The notes beneath the pieces are model-generated. The model was not told where the DNA came from. It saw only the letters and a program-made list of their open reading frames with translations, and did no database searches. A program made the translations under genes and the position numbers. A stretch of DNA of 64,000 bases from a bacterium (lineage in GTDB: Bacteria; JADJOY01): NCBI GenBank assembly GCA_046331705.1, contig JAXLQJ010000003.1:1-64000 (forward strand). Direction: 5' to 3'. Shown piece after piece: positions 61,009-64,000 of the stretch. Numbering within the stretch: position 1 is the stretch's first letter; each line of letters starts with the position of its first letter.

Positions 61009-63285
61009 ATGAGATCACGTCACATTGGAATTCTCGGGCTTCTGCTCGCGCAGCTCGTCGGCGTCGTCGAGGTCGCGCGTGCCGTCAGCCCGTCGGTGTT
61101 CGTTCCAGAACGCGTATCGAGCGGTCCTGCTGTCTCGGAGGCGTCGATTCGCGAGATGTCGCTCGCGCTGCAGCTTTCACCGCTCGCGGCCAACGCGCCC
61201 AACATCGTCCTCTCCCGTCCCGACGGCACCACCTTCGACGTCACTCGCTCAGGCTTCGAGCGGCGTGGACCGACGAGCTACACATGGCGGGGTTACGTGG
61301 GATCGAAGGTTTCGCCCACCGGCGACGTCACCCTGACCGTCGAAGAGGGTCTACTCGCCGGGCTCGTGACGCTGACGGATGGTGTGTACGAGATCGTGCC
61401 GCGAAACGACGGTTCGTCGGTCTTGGCAGAGCTCGACCAGAGCCGCTTTCCGCGGTGTGCGGCCGACGACACGCCTGCGCCGACGATCCCGGCGCTGCAA
61501 CCGCCGGCCTCGTCGACCGAACGTTTCGCAGCTGCGGCGAACGCCTCCACCGAGGTCGATGTGCTCTCTGTGTACACCGCCGCCGCGCGCGATGCGGCGG
61601 GTGGCGACAAGCCCATGCGCGCTACCATTCGAGCCGCTGTCGACGCCGCCAACACGTCCCTCGCCGCGAGCCAGGTCGACGCACGGCTGAATCTCGTGCA
61701 CACGGCGCTCGTGAGCTACGTGGAAGGAGGGAACTCGAGCTCCGACCTCGCCTGGGTTGGCACCGATCCAGGCGTCCAAGCGCTGCGCAATCGGTACTTC
61801 GCGGACATGGTCAGCTTGATCGTCAACACGTCCGACGCGTGTGGACGCGGATACGTGATGCGCTCGGTCGGAACATCGTTCCAGTCACTGGCATTTCAGA
61901 CCACGTTGCGCACCTGCGCGGTGGGCAACCTGAGCTTCGCGCACGAGCACGGCCACAATCTCGGGAGCGAGCACGATCCCGCGAACGGCGTACAACCGCC
62001 GACGTCGGCGTCCTATCCGTGGTCGTATGGACACTTCGTGAACGGCGTGTTCCGCACGGTCATGTCATACGACACCGAATGCACCCTCGGCTGCCCTCGG
62101 GCGCAGCGTTTCTCCAACCCCAACGTGAGCTACAGCGGCTTCGCGACCGGAATCGCCGACCAGCGCGACAACCATCGCACCTTGAATTCGACGATGCCGA
62201 TCGCCGCGAGCTTCCGCGTCGCGGTGCAGGCCGCCGATCGAGTGGGTGATCTCGACGGCGACAGCCAAGACGACGTCTTGGGTCCCGTGCCCAGCGCCTC
62301 CGACGCTGTCGTGTCGCTCTCCTTGGGCGGACCCTTCGGCCATCCGAGCGGCTGGACCTCCGAAACCGACGGCGACGATGGCTGGTACGTGGGCGATTTC
62401 ACCGGCGACGCCGTGACGGACGTGCTGCGGTTCGAATCGGGTGTGTGCGGTGCCCGGGTGCTCTTCTCCAACGGCACGGCGTTGGCGTCGACGTCACCCG
62501 CAGGGTGCTGGACGGGCCTCGGTCGTGGCGATGATGGCTGGTACGTCGGCGATTTCGACGGCGACGGCCGCGACGACATCTTCCGCTACGTCGCCGGCAA
62601 TTGCGGCGCCGACATGTTGCTCTCCGACGGGACCGCGTTCGTACGCGGCACCGTCGCCTGTTGGACGGGCCTCAACCATGGCGACGATCACTGGCGCGTG
62701 GGTGACTTTGATGGCGACGGTCGCGACGACATCTTCCGTTTCCAATCCGGCATCTGTGGCGCGGACGTGTTGGTGTCCGATGGCACGTCGTTCGTACGTG
62801 GAGCGATCGGCGGATGCTGGACCGGGCTCGGCCAGGGGGATGACGGCTGGTACGTCGGCGACTTCAACGGCGATGGACGGGACGACCTCTTTCGCTACAT
62901 CGCCGGCAACTGTGGCGCCGACATGTTGCTCTCGAGCGGCACGGCGTTCGTGCGCGGCGCCGTCGATTGTTGGACGGGGCTCGGCCATGGAGACGACCAC
63001 TGGCGCGTGGGTGATTTCGACGGCGACGGACGCGACGACATCTTGCGCCTCGATGTCGGCAAGCCCGACGTTCTGCTTTCCAACGGTGACAGCTTCTGCC
63101 ACGACTGCGACGGCGACGGCCTCCTCAACAGCGACGACAACTGCCCGCGCGCCGCAAATCCCAACCAAGAGGACGGCGATCACGACGGCGTGGGCGATGC
63201 CTGCCTCCCGCGCTCGGTGTTCCGCGACGGCTTCGAAAACGGCGACCTCTCCGAGTGGTCCGGGTCGAGCGGCGACTCGACGTGA
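61009..63285 (+). CDS. Secreted M12/reprolysin-like zinc metallopeptidase with FG-GAP repeats, TSP3-like motif and FxDGFE tail
   Basis: FAHEHGHNLGSEHD, Met-turn RTVMSY, FSNP; VGDF.GDG.DD repeats; DNCP..ANPNQEDGDHDGVGDAC; ends VFRDGFENGDLSEWS. Confidence 0.92.
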   Translation: MRSRHIGILGLLLAQLVGVVEVARAVSPSVFVPERVSSGPAVSEASIREMSLALQLSPLAANAPNIVLSRPDGTTFDVTRSGFERRGPTSYTWRGYVGSKVSPTGDVTLTVEEGLLAGLVTLTDGVYEIVPRNDGSSVLAELDQSRFPRCAADDTPAPTIPALQPPASSTERFAAAANASTEVDVLSVYTAAARDAAGGDKPMRATIRAAVDAANTSLAASQVDARLNLVHTALVSYVEGGNSSSDLAWVGTDPGVQALRNRYFADMVSLIVNTSDACGRGYVMRSVGTSFQSLAFQTTLRTCAVGNLSFAHEHGHNLGSEHDPANGVQPPTSASYPWSYGHFVNGVFRTVMSYDTECTLGCPRAQRFSNPNVSYSGFATGIADQRDNHRTLNSTMPIAASFRVAVQAADRVGDLDGDSQDDVLGPVPSASDAVVSLSLGGPFGHPSGWTSETDGDDGWYVGDFTGDAVTDVLRFESGVCGARVLFSNGTALASTSPAGCWTGLGRGDDGWYVGDFDGDGRDDIFRYVAGNCGADMLLSDGTAFVRGTVACWTGLNHGDDHWRVGDFDGDGRDDIFRFQSGICGADVLVSDGTSFVRGAIGGCWTGLGQGDDGWYVGDFNGDGRDDLFRYIAGNCGADMLLSSGTAFVRGAVDCWTGLGHGDDHWRVGDFDGDGRDDILRLDVGKPDVLLSNGDSFCHDCDGDGLLNSDDNCPRAANPNQEDGDHDGVGDACLPRSVFRDGFENGDLSEWSGSSGDST
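62350..63090 (+). repeat. Intragenic tandem FG-GAP repeats (about 51 aa) with a 309-bp two-repeat unit
   Basis: Alternating DDGWYVGDF / DDHWRVGDF repeats; units start at 62506 and 62815. Confidence 0.85.
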
Positions 63286-63352
63286 CTTGCCACGATCTCG
63301 AGGGGAATGCCTTTCCGACACACGACGTGAAGGAGATTCGCTTCTACAGCGG

Positions 63353-63800
63353 ATGACGCTCAGAGACGAGCAGCGAGAGCTGATCTTCTGCCGGGCCATG
63401 CAGGCGTTCCCAAGCGTCGACCTCGGCCTCAACCTCAGCGCCCCGATCGAATACGACGACTCGGCCGCCTGCGATCGAGTCGTGGTCGGATCCTGGAACG
63501 CGGATCACCCGTGCGTCGCCACGATCTCGGGTGCCAGCATCAGCGCCCGGTGCGACGTCGGGAAGTAACGCTGCGTCGGCCTCCAGAACGGCTTCGCCGA
63601 GTGCGTCTTCCAGGGCACCACTACGGTCACGATCGCCGGCACGACGAGCGAGGGGCCCGACGACAACGGGGTGACCCACGTGAATGCAAGCGACTCGCAG
63701 ATCGGCGCGCCCGTGACGAGGTGTCGATCGGAGTACGGCTACGATTCATCGCCCTGCATCCACCGACCGAACGGCACGCCGGTCACACCGAACGACGCCT
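63353..63800 (+). pseudogene. Cys-rich coding remnant interrupted by in-frame TAA (63566-63568)
   Basis: ...SISARCDVGK*RCVGLQNGFAECVFQGTTTVTIAG... stays protein-like across the stop. Confidence 0.4.
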
Positions 63801-64000
63801 GCGCCGTCGCGCCGCGAGCTCGTGGAGATCACGCATCCACGCGCGCTTGCCGGTGGCCTCGGCGTACGGACGCGAATGGGCGAGCATGTAGGCGCGAGCC
63901 AGTCCCGCGAACGGGCGGATCAGGTGACGCGCCGGACCGACCAGCGCGCGAAGCTCGTCGAGATAGGTCTGGAAGCCGTGCTGCCGATAGCGAAGCAGCG
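63783..64000 (-). CDS. 3' end of an unidentified gene entering from beyond the window
   Basis: Open frame LLRYRQHGFQTYLDELRALVGPARHLIRPFAGLARAYML...* with GC-ending codons. Confidence 0.5.
   Translation of the reverse strand, partial: LLRYRQHGFQTYLDELRALVGPARHLIRPFAGLARAYMLAHSRPYAEATGKRAWMRDLHELAARRRRRRSV

Overview
Very GC-rich bacterial chromosomal window. Many lipoproteins have GCGG-type lipoboxes, resembling Myxococcota/Binatia/Acidobacteria, but taxonomy cannot be settled from sequence alone. About 45 plausible CDS; most other long ORFs in the track are high-GC shadow frames. No rRNA, tRNA or CRISPR array was recognised. Main blocks: (1) a hybrid sensor kinase, secreted proteins, a DTW protein and a Prx6/TrxB-like pair; (2) a sphingosine-1-phosphate-lyase-like gene convergent with a sphingolipid ceramide N-deacylase-like amidohydrolase; (3) a ~5 kb accessory island (20.8-26.2 kb) with higBA and its palindromic operator, an HUH/RAYT transposase, REP-like repeats enclosing a 152-bp diverged copy of the neighbouring Rhs gene, and an orphan FG-GAP/Rhs toxin with a lower-GC Cys-rich tip and candidate immunity genes; (4) a PNPOx-GAF-wHTH regulator with 11-bp direct repeats facing two c-type cytochromes; (5) a cyclase-AAA-TPR gene divergent from a papain-family peptidase; (6) two tandem lipoproteins, each an IPT/TIG domain plus three phage tail-collar/HxH-needle repeats (candidate single-chain pseudo-trimeric tail-fibre adhesins), divergent from two B12 radical SAM genes; (7) a 15-kb glyco(sphingo)lipid-degradation-like cluster (two endoglycoceramidase-like GH5, sialidase, GH95-like, GH5, GH43, GMC, SDR, sterol-desaturase family). 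Three unrelated secreted proteins share a C-terminal F-x-[DN]-G-F-[ED]...W-S tail. All family calls come from motif recognition by eye; no database search was run.
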